Shown here one piece after another: positions 1 through 10,636 of a DNA stretch of 30,838 nucleotides. This stretch comes from Acidilobaceae archaeon (GTDB lineage Archaea > Thermoproteota > Thermoprotei_A > Sulfolobales > Acidilobaceae). The stretch spans positions 1-30,838 of the forward strand of contig JALWGG010000186.1 of the NCBI GenBank assembly GCA_027013765.1. The letters are read 5' to 3'. Each line of letters starts with the position of its first letter. Position 1 is the stretch's first letter. The notes under the pieces were generated by a model. It saw nothing but the letters and a program-made list of their open reading frames with translations, searched no databases and was not told the DNA's origin. The translations under genes and the position numbers were made by a program.

Positions 1-98
1 CCTGGAGCAGGGTTGTTCTGGCCGAATGCGATCTTTGGTAGCATCATGCCTGCCAGTATAGCTAGTGCTAGTATCAGTCCCCCACCGTTTTTACCCAT
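1..98 (-). CDS. 5' end of a secreted or membrane protein with a signal peptide (runs off the window)
   Basis: ATG at 98 (minus strand), preceded by AGGTGGTG SD-like sequence. Reads MGKNGGGLILALAILAGMMLPKIAFGQNNPAP: basic N-region, hydrophobic core and an AFG|Q cleavage-like site. No stop before the window edge. Not in the ORF track. Confidence 0.7.
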   Translation of the reverse strand, partial: MGKNGGGLILALAILAGMMLPKIAFGQNNPAP

Positions 99-251
99 TA
101 GCGTGGCACCACCTGGTGTAGAAGGTCCTCTGTAGTGTTAATAATCTAAGGTGTAGAACACGCTGTATCACATTCATGCACCGATATATACACTGAGAAA
201 AAAGCCTTTTAGAAGCACTCCACACCATAGAATACTGTGAGGTGTAGTAGG

Positions 252-890
252 ATGGTAGGGTTTACAAGGTATGAGCTGCCACCCCTCCCATACTCTTACA
301 ACGCCCTGGAGCCATACATTATAGAGGAGATAATGAGGCTGCACCACCAGAAGCACCATAATGCATACGTTAAGGGTGCAAACGCTGCTCTAGAGAAGCT
401 TGAGAAACACCTCAAGGGCGAGGCAGAGATAGATGTTAAAGCGGTATTAAGGGACTTCTCCTTCAACTATGGAGGACACATAATGCACTCAATATTCTGG
501 CCCAACATGGCCCCCGAGGGCAAGGGCGGGGGGACCCCTGGGGGGAGCCTGGCAGACGCTATCGAGAAGCAGTTCGGCGGCTTCGAGCCATTCAAGAAGC
601 TATTCTCCGCCGCAGCCAAGCAGGTTGAGGGCGTTGGATGGGCATACCTGGCAGTCGACCCGCTGACAGGAGAGCTCAGGATAGGCCAGATAGAGAAGCA
701 CAACGTCCTAATGACGGCTGGCCTTGTGCCGATCCTCGTTATAGACGTCTGGGAGCACGCATACTACCTGCAGTACAAGAATGATAGGGGGAGCTACGTG
801 GAGAACTGGTGGAACGTGGTAAACTGGGACGACGTTGCAGCCAGGTTTGATAAGGCCGTTAACGGGAGCCCACAGCTCTTCAAGCCCTAG
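252..890 (+). CDS. sod: Fe/Mn superoxide dismutase (Aeropyrum-type, probably cambialistic)
   Basis: LPPLPYSYNALEP, HHQKHH, GHIMH and DVWEHAYY metal-ligand motifs. ATG 252 follows SD GAGGTG at 239-244 (the ORF track extends to 237). Confidence 0.98.
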   Translation: MVGFTRYELPPLPYSYNALEPYIIEEIMRLHHQKHHNAYVKGANAALEKLEKHLKGEAEIDVKAVLRDFSFNYGGHIMHSIFWPNMAPEGKGGGTPGGSLADAIEKQFGGFEPFKKLFSAAAKQVEGVGWAYLAVDPLTGELRIGQIEKHNVLMTAGLVPILVIDVWEHAYYLQYKNDRGSYVENWWNVVNWDDVAARFDKAVNGSPQLFKP

Positions 891-911
891 GAGTGGGGTA
901 GGCTCCCCTGG

Positions 912-1262
912 CTACAGTGAAAGGTAAATCTCACTACCATTTTTCTTGAATAAATAACATCTCCACCTCCTCATGTCAAGGTCTAATCCTCTAAGCAATA
1001 CCTCTAGGACGATATCCATGGGTAGAAGGACCCTCAATGCATCGCTCATAATGCATCTCGCCGTCACACCCCGGACGTGGAGCAGATCTATGAGGACCTC
1101 TGGTAGGCCCTCAGGGAACTCTATATCCAGGTGGCTGTGCCTGGCCCCCATGCAGCCCTTCATGTGGATATAGACCCTTACAGGGGGCTTCAATATGGAG
1201 CCGCCGGGCATTCTTATGTGGAGCCTGGCGTCCAGAGGCTTCTTGCACAATGCCTGCACCAT
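912..1262 (-). CDS. Hypothetical protein, 116 aa, with a YIHMKGCxxARHSHLDIE motif
   Basis: ORF track. Its ATG overlaps the upstream stop codon (TAATG), indicating translational coupling to the AbrB-PhoU gene. Confidence 0.75.
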   Translation of the reverse strand: MVQALCKKPLDARLHIRMPGGSILKPPVRVYIHMKGCMGARHSHLDIEFPEGLPEVLIDLLHVRGVTARCIMSDALRVLLPMDIVLEVLLRGLDLDMRRWRCYLFKKNGSEIYLSL

Positions 1263-2236
1263 TACTTTGATAGTATCAGGTTTGAGGTGGCTGCGCAGAA
1301 GCTTGTATATACTATTATCTGGAGGGTTTTCAGGGAGTCGTCTATCTTTGTTAGGAGTATTACATCTCCTCTCCCCAGCCCCTCCTCAGAGATCCTCTGG
1401 CTTATCTCCTCCCTAGTCTTTACTATGTTGTAGAGGATCTCCTTCCCACGCTTTATGCTCGGTGTTGATAGCGTAAACCCGGCTATGGGGACCAGCTTCT
1501 TCAGTCTCTCTATATACATGATGGTCTCCTTTGACACGCGGAAGTTGTTCTTAACGATCTTGTAGATACCATCTAGGATGATTTCCCCTATTATGGCTAG
1601 CAGGCTAGTCCCTATGAGGAGCCCGTGGGCGTGCTCCCCGTTATCTGAGATCATGTGCCCGTTGGTTATCATTAGCCTTATAATCAGGTGCTGGTTCTTG
1701 AAGACCTCATTGCGTATATATGACGCGTCCTCAAGGATCTTCGGCTTCGGGTCAATATTCCTAGCTGCCCTCTCAAGGACCTCAACTGCAAGAGCTATGG
1801 TATTGGCCATGCTCTTTATAGTAGTCTTAAGGTCTAGCCTGGTCTGGTCTATCACTACTCTGAGCCTCACCCGGGACCCTTCATGGCCAGCCACATCCAG
1901 GCCCAGGAGCCTGCTCGCACTGGAGCGTATGTGGCTTAGCGTCGTCAATATATCCAGGTCCCTTGAGAGGAGCAGCTCAACCTCGTCATAGCCTAGCGTG
2001 TATATGCAGCTAACAGTCATGGCTGACAGCCTCGGGTCCTTTAGCCTCGACAGGTCCATGACTATACTGTTTGACGTTGGCTTGCTTGAGGCCGGTATGA
2101 TCCTCACCGACTTGCCCTCATCTATGATATAGACTATGTCGCCCTGCTTCACGTCGTTACGCTTGATCCAGTTCCTAGGCAGTGTGACGATCAGCGAGCT
2201 ACTGCCGAGCTTCTGGATCTTCCTAGCCTCGATCAT
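1262..2236 (-). CDS. AbrB/SpoVT N-terminal domain + PhoU-like phosphate-uptake regulator (COG0704-like)
   Basis: RKIQKLGSSSLIVTLPRNWIKRNDVKQGD is a typical AbrB swapped hairpin, followed by helical repeats. The likely start is ATG 2236 (MIEARKIQ); the ORF extends to 2299. Confidence 0.85.
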   Translation of the reverse strand: MIEARKIQKLGSSSLIVTLPRNWIKRNDVKQGDIVYIIDEGKSVRIIPASSKPTSNSIVMDLSRLKDPRLSAMTVSCIYTLGYDEVELLLSRDLDILTTLSHIRSSASRLLGLDVAGHEGSRVRLRVVIDQTRLDLKTTIKSMANTIALAVEVLERAARNIDPKPKILEDASYIRNEVFKNQHLIIRLMITNGHMISDNGEHAHGLLIGTSLLAIIGEIILDGIYKIVKNNFRVSKETIMYIERLKKLVPIAGFTLSTPSIKRGKEILYNIVKTREEISQRISEEGLGRGDVILLTKIDDSLKTLQIIVYTSFCAATSNLILSK

Positions 2237-2346
2237 TGCCTCCACTGCGACCAGTCCTCTAGCCCTAGAATCCAATACTTCTCTAGGCGATATAAACATT
2301 ATATATTAAACTATACGGGGCAACCGCGGTAATGGGAGTGTAGCTA

Positions 2347-3348
2347 ATGCTGAGACTGGTAGGGACAAGCGATAAGGGGCTGTACACATCCAGCAGCATA
2401 GCCAGCGGCTGTATGCTATGCTATGCCGGGGTTAAGGCAGTCATATTCGTTACCGGCGTATGCGACGACTCATGCTACTACTGCCCGGTCAGCAGGGATA
2501 GGCTTGGGCATGACGTGTTCTATGTCAACGAGGAGAGGGTCCACACGCTGGAGGAGGTCCTCACAGAGGTCCTCAGGACGGGGGCCCGGGGGGCTAGTAT
2601 AACTGGTGGAGACCCATTGATCGCCTACCCCAGGGTGACAAGCCTCATAAGGATGCTGAAAGACGCTATGGGCCCGGGGTTCCATATACACCTCTACACA
2701 AGTGGTAGATACGCAACGATAGAGGCGCTGAAGGGGCTGGATAGGGCTGGGCTTGATGAGATAAGATTCCACCCAACACAGGAGGAGTTCGAGGATAGGA
2801 TAAGGGATGCAGTCAGGCATACATCCATGGATGTTGGCGTAGAGATACCGATATCCCCAAGACTGGTCGAGTGGGCTAAGAGGGTTATATATAAGGCGTG
2901 GACCAGTGGGGCCCACTTCGTCAACCTAAACGAGATGGAGTTCGCAGAGCCCAACGCCCCTGCATTGCTGGCCAGGGGGTGCAGGGAGAGTAGGAGGAGG
3001 CCATTCACGGTGGAGGGCTCATATGAGGCTGCACTAGAGGTCCTGGAGTGGGCTAGGGAGAATACAGGTATACCCGTCCACTTCTGCCCAGCATCATTCA
3101 AGGACTCTATACAGACTAGGAATAGGATGAGGAGGGCGGCATCGCTGGATAGGGCGTGGCATGAAGTGGAGACGGGGGACGGGACGTTGAGGTGGTATGA
3201 GGCAGACTGTCCAGGGGGCCCCGTTAAGGCCCCGTCACCGGGATACCTGGAGGGGTGCAGGAGGATCAGGCTAGTCGAGGCACACCCAACCAGGGCTAGG
3301 ACCCCTAGAATACAGGAGCAGGTAATTGAGGTCCAAGCCCCTTTATAA
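2347..3348 (+). CDS. Radical SAM protein (archaeal COG2108-like, function unknown)
   Basis: CDDSCYYC CX3CX2C motif, SITGGDP, HLYTSG, DEIRFHP and NLNEME. GGAGTG SD at 2335-2340. Confidence 0.92.
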   Translation: MLRLVGTSDKGLYTSSSIASGCMLCYAGVKAVIFVTGVCDDSCYYCPVSRDRLGHDVFYVNEERVHTLEEVLTEVLRTGARGASITGGDPLIAYPRVTSLIRMLKDAMGPGFHIHLYTSGRYATIEALKGLDRAGLDEIRFHPTQEEFEDRIRDAVRHTSMDVGVEIPISPRLVEWAKRVIYKAWTSGAHFVNLNEMEFAEPNAPALLARGCRESRRRPFTVEGSYEAALEVLEWARENTGIPVHFCPASFKDSIQTRNRMRRAASLDRAWHEVETGDGTLRWYEADCPGGPVKAPSPGYLEGCRRIRLVEAHPTRARTPRIQEQVIEVQAPL

Positions 3349-3394
3349 CTCCGGTAAACCAGCATGAAGCGATAGTGGTAGGAAAGGGTGCACC

Positions 3395-3685
3395 GTGTTG
3401 GGTAGCTGCTGTATAGACCCGGGTAAGCTAGACCATAGCAGGGAGGAGATTTATGAGGCCCTCGGGATCAGTGGTGAGGCTAAGGAGAAGATAAGTAGGG
3501 TGATCGAGGAGGCGCTTTCAAGGGCTAAGATAAGCGAGATGATCCAACACATCTGGCACGACTCCTGCGAGGACCTCACGCTTGAAGAGAGGATATATGC
3601 AACCTTCAGGCTGGGGATGGACGTGTACTCTCTACTCCTAGAGGCTATTATAGAGAAGAGTGGGGAAGGGGATAATGGAGCCTAG
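3395..3685 (+). CDS. Hypothetical protein, 96 aa
   Basis: GTG-start ORF filling the gap between the radical SAM gene and hisS, with typical local codon usage. It overlaps the hisS start by 11 nt. Confidence 0.65.
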   Translation: MLGSCCIDPGKLDHSREEIYEALGISGEAKEKISRVIEEALSRAKISEMIQHIWHDSCEDLTLEERIYATFRLGMDVYSLLLEAIIEKSGEGDNGA

Positions 3686-4976
3686 GCCTCCCAGGGGATT
3701 CAGGGACTTCCCACCAGACATCATGATCCTTAGGAAGGACCTCATCTCAAGGCTGGAGAGGGTGTTCCAGAGGTATGGGTTCGATCCTATAGACACACCA
3801 GCACTAGAATACTGGGAGACACTCGCTGGGAAGTATGGGGAGGAGGCGGAGTCTAGGCTCATATGGAGGTTCACCGACAAGTGGAGCGGGAGGGAGTATG
3901 CACTCAGGTATGACCTGACCGTGCCTATGGCAAGGTTCATAGCACTCCACAGGGACATGCCCCTACCATTCAAGAGGTACCATATAGGGCCCGTATGGAG
4001 GCACGAGGAGCCCCAGAAGGGGAGGTATAGGGAGTTCTACCAGTGCGACGCGGATATAGTAGGATCCCCATACCCAGAGGCGGACGCCGAGATAGTGAAC
4101 CTGGTCGTCGACGCGTTGAAAGAGCTAGGATTCAAGAGGGGGTTCAGGGTTAGGCTTAATGACAGGAGGCTCCTCTCAGGAGTCTTCGAGGAGGAGCTCG
4201 GCATCAGAGGCCCGGTGCTGAACGTCTACAGGGCCATAGACAAGCTAGACAAGATCGGAGTCGAGGGTGTGAGGAGGGAGCTGGAGAAGCTAGGCCTTGG
4301 GGAGGGGTTGATAGAGAAGATAATGAATATTATAAGCATAGAGGGAGAGCCCGGCGAGGTCCTCGACATGATAGAGTCCCGGTATGGATCTAATAAAAGA
4401 GTCGCAGAGGCCATAGGCCATCTGAGGGGTGTGATAGAGCTTGTGGAAGACCCTAGCAGTGTAGAGGTTGACATGAGCCTGGTGAGGGGGCTAGACTACT
4501 ATACAGGCCCAATACTAGAAGTGGTCCTAGACGAGCCAAGGATCGGGAGCGTCGCCGGGGGCGGCAGGTATGACAACCTAATCGGGCTATTCACCAAGAA
4601 GGGAATACCAGCGACGGGGGCTAGCATAGGGATTGAGAGGATCATAGATGCTGGCCTAGAGCTCGGAATATACAAGCTTGACAAGAAGACGGTTACCATG
4701 GCGTCAATAATAGTATTGAGCAGGGACCATTATAGATACGCCTGGAAAGTGGCGTCTACCCTGAGGAGGCTTGGAGTCAATACAAGGATAGACCTGGGGA
4801 GGACTAGCCCTAGGGTCCAGAGGAGGAAGGCGCAGAGGCTTGGGATAAGGTACCTAATATATATAGGGGAGAGTGAGGCTGGGAAGGGGACGCTGACAAT
4901 ATATGATACCATTACGGGCGAGAGGGTCGAGGCAGGCATCAGTGAGGAGGAAAGGATTAAAGAAATATTAGGTTAA
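3675..4976 (+). CDS. hisS: Histidyl-tRNA synthetase
   Basis: PPRGFRDF, LRYDLTVP, RHEEPQKGRYREFYQCDADIVG, RGLDYYTG and GGGRYDNL, plus a C-terminal anticodon-binding domain. ATG 3675 is preferred over GTG 3660. Confidence 0.98.
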   Translation: MEPRPPRGFRDFPPDIMILRKDLISRLERVFQRYGFDPIDTPALEYWETLAGKYGEEAESRLIWRFTDKWSGREYALRYDLTVPMARFIALHRDMPLPFKRYHIGPVWRHEEPQKGRYREFYQCDADIVGSPYPEADAEIVNLVVDALKELGFKRGFRVRLNDRRLLSGVFEEELGIRGPVLNVYRAIDKLDKIGVEGVRRELEKLGLGEGLIEKIMNIISIEGEPGEVLDMIESRYGSNKRVAEAIGHLRGVIELVEDPSSVEVDMSLVRGLDYYTGPILEVVLDEPRIGSVAGGGRYDNLIGLFTKKGIPATGASIGIERIIDAGLELGIYKLDKKTVTMASIIVLSRDHYRYAWKVASTLRRLGVNTRIDLGRTSPRVQRRKAQRLGIRYLIYIGESEAGKGTLTIYDTITGERVEAGISEEERIKEILG

Positions 4977-5059
4977 AAATAATTTCTAAATAAATATGTA
5001 TATGGGAACAATAGAATAATTAAGCAGGAGCTTAACCCGTATAAACTGGGGGAAAGAGC

Positions 5060-7498
5060 GTGTCCCAAGCCCCAATAATTATCTGGCTAGACGAGATCCC
5101 CAACCACGATAAGACCCTCGTCGGGGGAAAGGCTGCCGGGCTAGGGGTTATGGTGAGCAACGGGATCCCCGTTCCACCGGGATTCGTTGTAACGAGCGAG
5201 GCATACAAGCAGTTCATATTCGAGACGGGGATCGCGGGCTACATAAAACATGTGATCGAGGAGGTGATTGTGAGCGGGAAGCCGGAGGAGTATGAGAAGG
5301 CCAGCGAGCTCATCAGGAGCAAGTTCATAAGGACCCCCATGCCATCACGGATAAAGAACATGATCATCGAGGCCTACAGGAGGCTGGGCGAGGAGATAGG
5401 GATCCACAGCCCCAGGGTGGCTGTCAGAAGTAGCGCAACCCTGGAGGACCTGCCTGAGGCGAGCTTCGCAGGCCAGCAAGAGACGTATCTAAACATTGAG
5501 GGTGAGGACTCTGTTGTGGAGCATGTTAAGAAGGCGTGGGCAAGCCTCTGGACCGCAAGAGCCCTTAGCTATAGGGACTCGCTGAATATAGACCACGAGA
5601 CGGCGTATATGGCGGTGATAGTGCAGAAGATGGTGAATAGTAGGAGTAGTGGAGTCATGTTTACCCTCCACCCGGTAACCGGTGAGAGGGATAAGGTTGT
5701 AATCGAGTCCATATGGGGCCTGGGGGAGTATATAGTCGGTGGAAAGGTCACGCCCGACACATACATCCTAGACAAGTCCACACTGGATGTTATAGAGAAG
5801 AGGATCTCAGTGAAGGAGAAGGCCCTATTCTATGACAGTGTGCTTAAGAGGAACGTTGAGGTAGAGCTCCCAGAGGACCCGGAGGACCTAGATAATGTAA
5901 GGAAGAGGTATCCAGGTGTTGCAGAGCTCATAGAAAAGCACGGGATAACCGCCTCAAAACCCTCCCTCAACGACGAGGAGGTGAGGAGCCTGGGGAAGCT
6001 TGCAGTAAGGGTCGAGGAGGTATTCAATAGGCCTATGGATATAGAGTGGGCCATAGACGCCGACATGCCGCCGGGGAGCAACATATTCCTTGTACAGGCA
6101 AGGCCCGAGACTGTCTGGAGTAGGAGGGAGGAGGCTAAGGAAGAGGTTGTAGAGGAGGAGAAGGTTGGAGAGGTCCTCGTCAGGGGTGTACCGGCAAGCC
6201 CTGGAGTGGCTACTGGTAGGGTTAAGATAGCCCTCAGCGTAGAGGAGGCCAGGAATAAGATGGAGAAGGGTGATGTGCTGGTAACCACAATGACCGACCC
6301 GGACTGGGTGCCATACATGAAGATCGCATCAGCAATAGTAACGGATGAGGGTGGCATGACGGCCCATGCAGCCATAGTTGCAAGGGAGCTGGGGATACCT
6401 GCAGTTGTCGGGACTGGTGAGGCCACCAAGAAGCTCAAGGACGGGATGCTTGTCACCGTCGACGGGTCGCGCGGCGTAGTCTACTACGGGGAGCTGGCTA
6501 GGGAGGAGAAGGTTGAGAAGCCTGAGGTCGGCGTGGGCGTCCCGGCTGAGATACTGGTTAATGTGTACCCGGTAACGGCGACGAAGGTCTATATGAACCT
6601 AGGCCAACCGGAGGAGATTGACAGGTATAAGGATCTTCCATTCGACGGTATAGGGCTAATGAGGATCGAGTTCATAATATCAAGCTGGATAGGATACCAC
6701 CCATTATACCTGATCGACCAGGGCAGAGGCGTGTTCTTCGTCGATAAACTAGCTGAAGGAATAGCGAGGGTTGCAAGCGCCATATACCCAAGGCCCGTAG
6801 TAGTAAGGTTCAGCGACTTCAAGACCAACGAGTACAGGGGGCTTAAGGGAGGCGAGAAGTATGAGGTTGATGAGAGGAACCCGATGATCGGGTGGAGGGG
6901 AGTATCTAGATACATATCCCCCAAGTATGAGCCAGCCTTCAGGCTGGAGGTCAGGGCCATAAAGAAGGTTAGGGACGAGTGGAACCTGAAGAACGTGTGG
7001 GTGATGTTCCCCTTCGTGAGGACCGTATGGGAGCTTGAAAGGGCTATAAGGATCATGGAGGATGAGGGACTCTATAGGGGGAAGGACTTCAAGGTATGGA
7101 TAATGGTTGAAGTCCCAAGCACAGTATTCCTGGCAGACGAGTTCGCAAAACTAATAGACGGATTCAGCATAGGCAGCAACGACCTAACACAGCTAGTACT
7201 AGGAGCTGATAGGGACAGCGGCCTCCTAGCAAGGATGGGATACTTCGACGAGAGGGACCCGGCGGTGTTGAGGGCGATGGAGATGATCATAGACGCCGCG
7301 CACAGGAACGGGATAACAGCCAGCATATGCGGCCAAGCACCCAGCGTCTACCCGGAGATCGTGGAATTCCTGGTTAGGAAAGGGATAGACTCTATCAGCG
7401 TGAATCCAGACGCTGTAATAAGGGTTAGGAGGACGGTGGCTAGCATAGAGAAGAGGATACTGTTAGAGGATGCGATAAGGAGGAGCAACAGGGCATAA
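5060..7498 (+). CDS. ppsA: Phosphoenolpyruvate synthase (pyruvate, water dikinase)
   Basis: [52 protein letters not shown] (phospho-His), [28 protein letters not shown] and SIGSNDLTQ. Confidence 0.97.
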   Translation: MSQAPIIIWLDEIPNHDKTLVGGKAAGLGVMVSNGIPVPPGFVVTSEAYKQFIFETGIAGYIKHVIEEVIVSGKPEEYEKASELIRSKFIRTPMPSRIKNMIIEAYRRLGEEIGIHSPRVAVRSSATLEDLPEASFAGQQETYLNIEGEDSVVEHVKKAWASLWTARALSYRDSLNIDHETAYMAVIVQKMVNSRSSGVMFTLHPVTGERDKVVIESIWGLGEYIVGGKVTPDTYILDKSTLDVIEKRISVKEKALFYDSVLKRNVEVELPEDPEDLDNVRKRYPGVAELIEKHGITASKPSLNDEEVRSLGKLAVRVEEVFNRPMDIEWAIDADMPPGSNIFLVQARPETVWSRREEAKEEVVEEEKVGEVLVRGVPASPGVATGRVKIALSVEEARNKMEKGDVLVTTMTDPDWVPYMKIASAIVTDEGGMTAHAAIVARELGIPAVVGTGEATKKLKDGMLVTVDGSRGVVYYGELAREEKVEKPEVGVGVPAEILVNVYPVTATKVYMNLGQPEEIDRYKDLPFDGIGLMRIEFIISSWIGYHPLYLIDQGRGVFFVDKLAEGIARVASAIYPRPVVVRFSDFKTNEYRGLKGGEKYEVDERNPMIGWRGVSRYISPKYEPAFRLEVRAIKKVRDEWNLKNVWVMFPFVRTVWELERAIRIMEDEGLYRGKDFKVWIMVEVPSTVFLADEFAKLIDGFSIGSNDLTQLVLGADRDSGLLARMGYFDERDPAVLRAMEMIIDAAHRNGITASICGQAPSVYPEIVEFLVRKGIDSISVNPDAVIRVRRTVASIEKRILLEDAIRRSNRA

Positions 7499-7597
7499 AC
7501 ATCAATCCCCCAGCCATCCGTGGCCCCACAGAACTTATCATAATAATATTATTTTTGGCGCCCACGCATTCCCAGACGGGGATAACAGGGAGGGTTG

Positions 7598-8809
7598 ATG
7601 GATCTGAAGAGGATAGCCACACCAGCCATAGTGATACTGGTCATGGCCCTAGCCCTAGTGCAGTGGATACCAGCAAGTGGCCTAGAGGATGGACCGGTAT
7701 ATGAAGCCTCGATAGGCAACGGCTCCTATACAATATCTAAGGGGGTTATCATAATAGCTACATATGCTGGGGGAGAGCTGGATATAACTCTATACAACAT
7801 GACATCAAAGAAGATGCAGACATACATGGAACCGCTTAAAGGGGCCACGGTAAGGGTTCTCGACGTAGACTATGAGGATGAGGTAGAGGTGCTACTTCTC
7901 ATGGACCTTATTGTATCTAGACTCCTCGTTATACAGTATTATAGGGTTGGGGAGGGGGGTGTAGTCAAGACCGCTGTCAAGGCGGTCGACGTGACCAGTC
8001 TCAATATAACGACTGCCAACATAGTCTCTGATAAGATACTAATCATATCAGGCGAGGACCTCCTACTAGCAGACCCAGGCACCGACGAGGTCTCAAGCAT
8101 ATACAGCCTCGGCAACTATACATCGCTATTCATTGTGGATGGGGCTAATAGCACCTATATAGTGCAGGTGTCGGGGAACGAGTCCATAATATATGGTATA
8201 GAGGGCTCTACACTGGCAAGCGCTGTAAGGCTCAGTGGGGTGGTGCTGGACGTAGAGGAGGAGGGGTTGATGTTGGCACTACTCAGGGATGACATTTCAA
8301 CCATAGCAGTCCTAGCCGGGAACGGGTTAGAGGAGGTCCTCAGTGTTAGGGGTGTAGTAACGGCGCTATACAGGGATGCAAGCCATGTCATATTCAGCCT
8401 TACAATAGGTAACCAGACTATGCTTGCAAGATACAACGAGTCCGGGGATGGTATAGAGGTTCTCAAGTATGTTGATGCGCCCCTAATCGACTTGTACAGG
8501 CATGGCCCCTACATAGTCTATGTTACACTCGATAAAAGGATCATTGTAGACGACTACCTAAAGATGAGTATAAATGCGAAACCACTTTACACCGGGACTA
8601 CTACAAGCACTGATACAAACAGCGCGAAGACTGGCACAACAAGCACCACAGAGACGACCTCCACTAGTACTACTGGGGCCGTAAAAGACGTAGAGCCGCT
8701 CACAAGCGTAGGGAGGATACTACAAGTGTCGAGCATAATCCTAGCAATACTGATAATCATAATCATATACAAGCTATACCTGAAAGGAGGGCGTAGGCAC
8801 CCCGGCTAG
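7598..8809 (+). CDS. Membrane-anchored surface protein: signal peptide, beta-rich ectodomain, Thr/Ser linker, C-terminal TM helix
   Basis: N-terminal hydrophobic PAIVILVMALALVQWIPA, a TGTTTSTDTNSAKTGTTSTTETTSTSTTG linker (about 8591-8677), and C-terminal ILAILIIIIIYKLYLKGGRR. ATG 7598 follows GGGAGGG. Confidence 0.85.
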   Translation: MDLKRIATPAIVILVMALALVQWIPASGLEDGPVYEASIGNGSYTISKGVIIIATYAGGELDITLYNMTSKKMQTYMEPLKGATVRVLDVDYEDEVEVLLLMDLIVSRLLVIQYYRVGEGGVVKTAVKAVDVTSLNITTANIVSDKILIISGEDLLLADPGTDEVSSIYSLGNYTSLFIVDGANSTYIVQVSGNESIIYGIEGSTLASAVRLSGVVLDVEEEGLMLALLRDDISTIAVLAGNGLEEVLSVRGVVTALYRDASHVIFSLTIGNQTMLARYNESGDGIEVLKYVDAPLIDLYRHGPYIVYVTLDKRIIVDDYLKMSINAKPLYTGTTTSTDTNSAKTGTTSTTETTSTSTTGAVKDVEPLTSVGRILQVSSIILAILIIIIIYKLYLKGGRRHPG

Positions 8810-8830
8810 CAGGATTACATCCACAAGATA

Positions 8831-8838
8831 TTATAATA
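8831..8838 (+). promoter_or_regulatory. TATA-like box of the pilin-like gene, flanked by ATCCACAA direct repeats (8819-8826, 8840-8847)
   Basis: TTATAATA about 55-65 nt upstream of the candidate starts, bracketed by an exact 8-mer repeat 21 bp apart. Confidence 0.45.
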
Positions 8839-8895
8839 GATCCACAACAGCCAGGCGCCCTTTAATCTATCCTCCTAATACTAATGGTGATGCGA

Positions 8896-10578
8896 ATGCC
8901 TAGGCCGAGGCGTGGGCTAAGCGAGGTCCTCGGAGCCCTCATACTAATGATTATAGTATCATCGATACTGGCCTCCGTATTGATAGTCCAGGAGAAGTTC
9001 AGGAGGAATATAGACCATGTTGTAGATGGGTCTGCCGAGAGGCTTATAGAGGCATCAATGCCCCCCAGAATAGCTGTCTGGAGCAGCGGAGGCAGGCTAA
9101 TGGTCTCCGTATCCCCCACCGTGGATATAGATATCGATAAGATAGTTGTCGGGTTCATGAACGGGTCCTACACCCTAGTCAATGCAACCAACGACATATA
9201 TGGGCGTGGACAGCCAGTACTAGACCCATATGACTGTAGCCCCGTTAGGATAGCGGTAACTACTAGCAGGGGCAATATCTTCTATTATATTAATAGTACT
9301 GGAGGCAGCGTATACACCTGCCCAGACTCCCTAGAGCTACCCGGCTCCTGGAGGATCCTATACGCTGTCGGAGGCAAGTACTCAACCATAACTAGCGCCA
9401 GCGTAGGCGCATCAATAGATATCGGTGCAGATGTGGGCGTATACAAGAGGACCTGCAGGCTCAGGTTAATTGTAAACGGTGTCCAGTCAATGGTTACTGG
9501 CACAGGCGGGTTTAAGAGCGGAGAAGCAGTCACAGTAGACCTATCCCAGGGAGTCAGTATGAGTATAAGCCCCTTCACATACGTGTGGAACGAGACCTGC
9601 ATAGCTGGTCTCCTACTAGAATACAATAAGCCTTCACTGGTAGTGGCGAGCATAAACCTTGAGGGAGAGGCGTTTACAAGCACATACAACATAGTCTCAG
9701 CAATGCTAACCACACCGCTCCTGGCAAGCGAATACGCGGCCTCAACATCAGAGATGACCATAAACATGTCGACAACCCCTGGCAAGGCCTCAAGGGGGAA
9801 TGTATCGATCAACGGCAACGTCTACGCCGAGAAGTTCATAACATTATATATTTCAGAATTAAACGAATATGTAGACCTAACAGTATCAGTAGGAGGAACC
9901 ATGTATATAAGTAGGGTGCTATACATAGACGGAGGATCAATATACAACATAACACTGCCCGTAGGGGGACCCATGATCTACAAGCAGCTAGTCCCAGAAC
10001 CCCATGGAGACACCAGGCTCAATATACTACTAACCAGGCTCTACTGGACGCTCTCACCCCTAAACAATACACTGCTGGAACTAGTCACCCCCGACGGCAG
10101 AGTCCTGGAGAGGAGCGTCATAAGTGAGGGCTATGTGCCTTCAAGGCTCCAGGGCGCAAGGCTCATAGTATACCCTTCAATAGCGAAGGTGCTTGAGACC
10201 TACATAAACTATGCAAGGATTAATAGTGATAGCAACGTGACATTCAGGGCGTCAGCAACGCCTGGGATAGCGATACCACCCAAACCAGTACTCCTCCAAG
10301 TGGAGACCAGCAACTATAAACTACTAGTGGTAGCATCAACAGGTCACAGGGACCCGGTAACCGGGAATACAAGCATAGTAATAATTGAGGGGGGAAGCAG
10401 CCTGAGCGGGGGACTACTAGTGCTATACAAGACCACTCCCAGGATGGAGAGGATAGAGCTCCACGACTACAAGTTCGGGTCGAGAATAGAGGTAGATCCG
10501 GGGACCTACATAGCTGCAGAGATAGAATGGGTGCAGGGGATACTAGTAGGAGAATCCCTGGTAATACTCTCACCCTAA
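8896..10578 (+). CDS. Large archaeal type IV pilin-like protein (class III signal peptide)
   Basis: MPRPRRG|LSEVLGALILMIIVSSILASVL matches the PibD/FlaK cleavage consensus (K/R-G|hydrophobic, acidic residue near the mature N-terminus, then a hydrophobic helix). IAVTTSRGNIF motif and Cys pairs. The GGTGA SD favours ATG 8896 (the ORF starts at 8884). Confidence 0.82.
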   Translation: MPRPRRGLSEVLGALILMIIVSSILASVLIVQEKFRRNIDHVVDGSAERLIEASMPPRIAVWSSGGRLMVSVSPTVDIDIDKIVVGFMNGSYTLVNATNDIYGRGQPVLDPYDCSPVRIAVTTSRGNIFYYINSTGGSVYTCPDSLELPGSWRILYAVGGKYSTITSASVGASIDIGADVGVYKRTCRLRLIVNGVQSMVTGTGGFKSGEAVTVDLSQGVSMSISPFTYVWNETCIAGLLLEYNKPSLVVASINLEGEAFTSTYNIVSAMLTTPLLASEYAASTSEMTINMSTTPGKASRGNVSINGNVYAEKFITLYISELNEYVDLTVSVGGTMYISRVLYIDGGSIYNITLPVGGPMIYKQLVPEPHGDTRLNILLTRLYWTLSPLNNTLLELVTPDGRVLERSVISEGYVPSRLQGARLIVYPSIAKVLETYINYARINSDSNVTFRASATPGIAIPPKPVLLQVETSNYKLLVVASTGHRDPVTGNTSIVIIEGGSSLSGGLLVLYKTTPRMERIELHDYKFGSRIEVDPGTYIAAEIEWVQGILVGESLVILSP

Positions 10579-10622
10579 CCATGAACCAACCAGGCTTTCC
10601 CCAGGAAAATCCCGGTTCCAGA

Positions 10623-10636
10623 CCCCGGATCCGGGG
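10623..10636. repeat. Perfect 14-bp palindrome CCCCGGATCCGGGG upstream of the S-layer gene
   Basis: Read directly from the sequence. It lies just upstream of the AT-rich TTAAATCCTTAAG segment. Confidence 0.8.

Noticed and set aside
518-547. G-quadruplex-like run GGGCAAGGGCGGGGGGACCCCTGGGGGG in sod
   Set aside because: Explained by the conserved GKGGGTPGG peptide of this SOD family.
7542-7553. Perfect 12-bp palindrome AATAATATTATT between ppsA and the next gene
   Set aside because: It contains only A and T and lies in an AT-rich promoter/terminator zone, where such palindromes arise easily. No supporting second copy.
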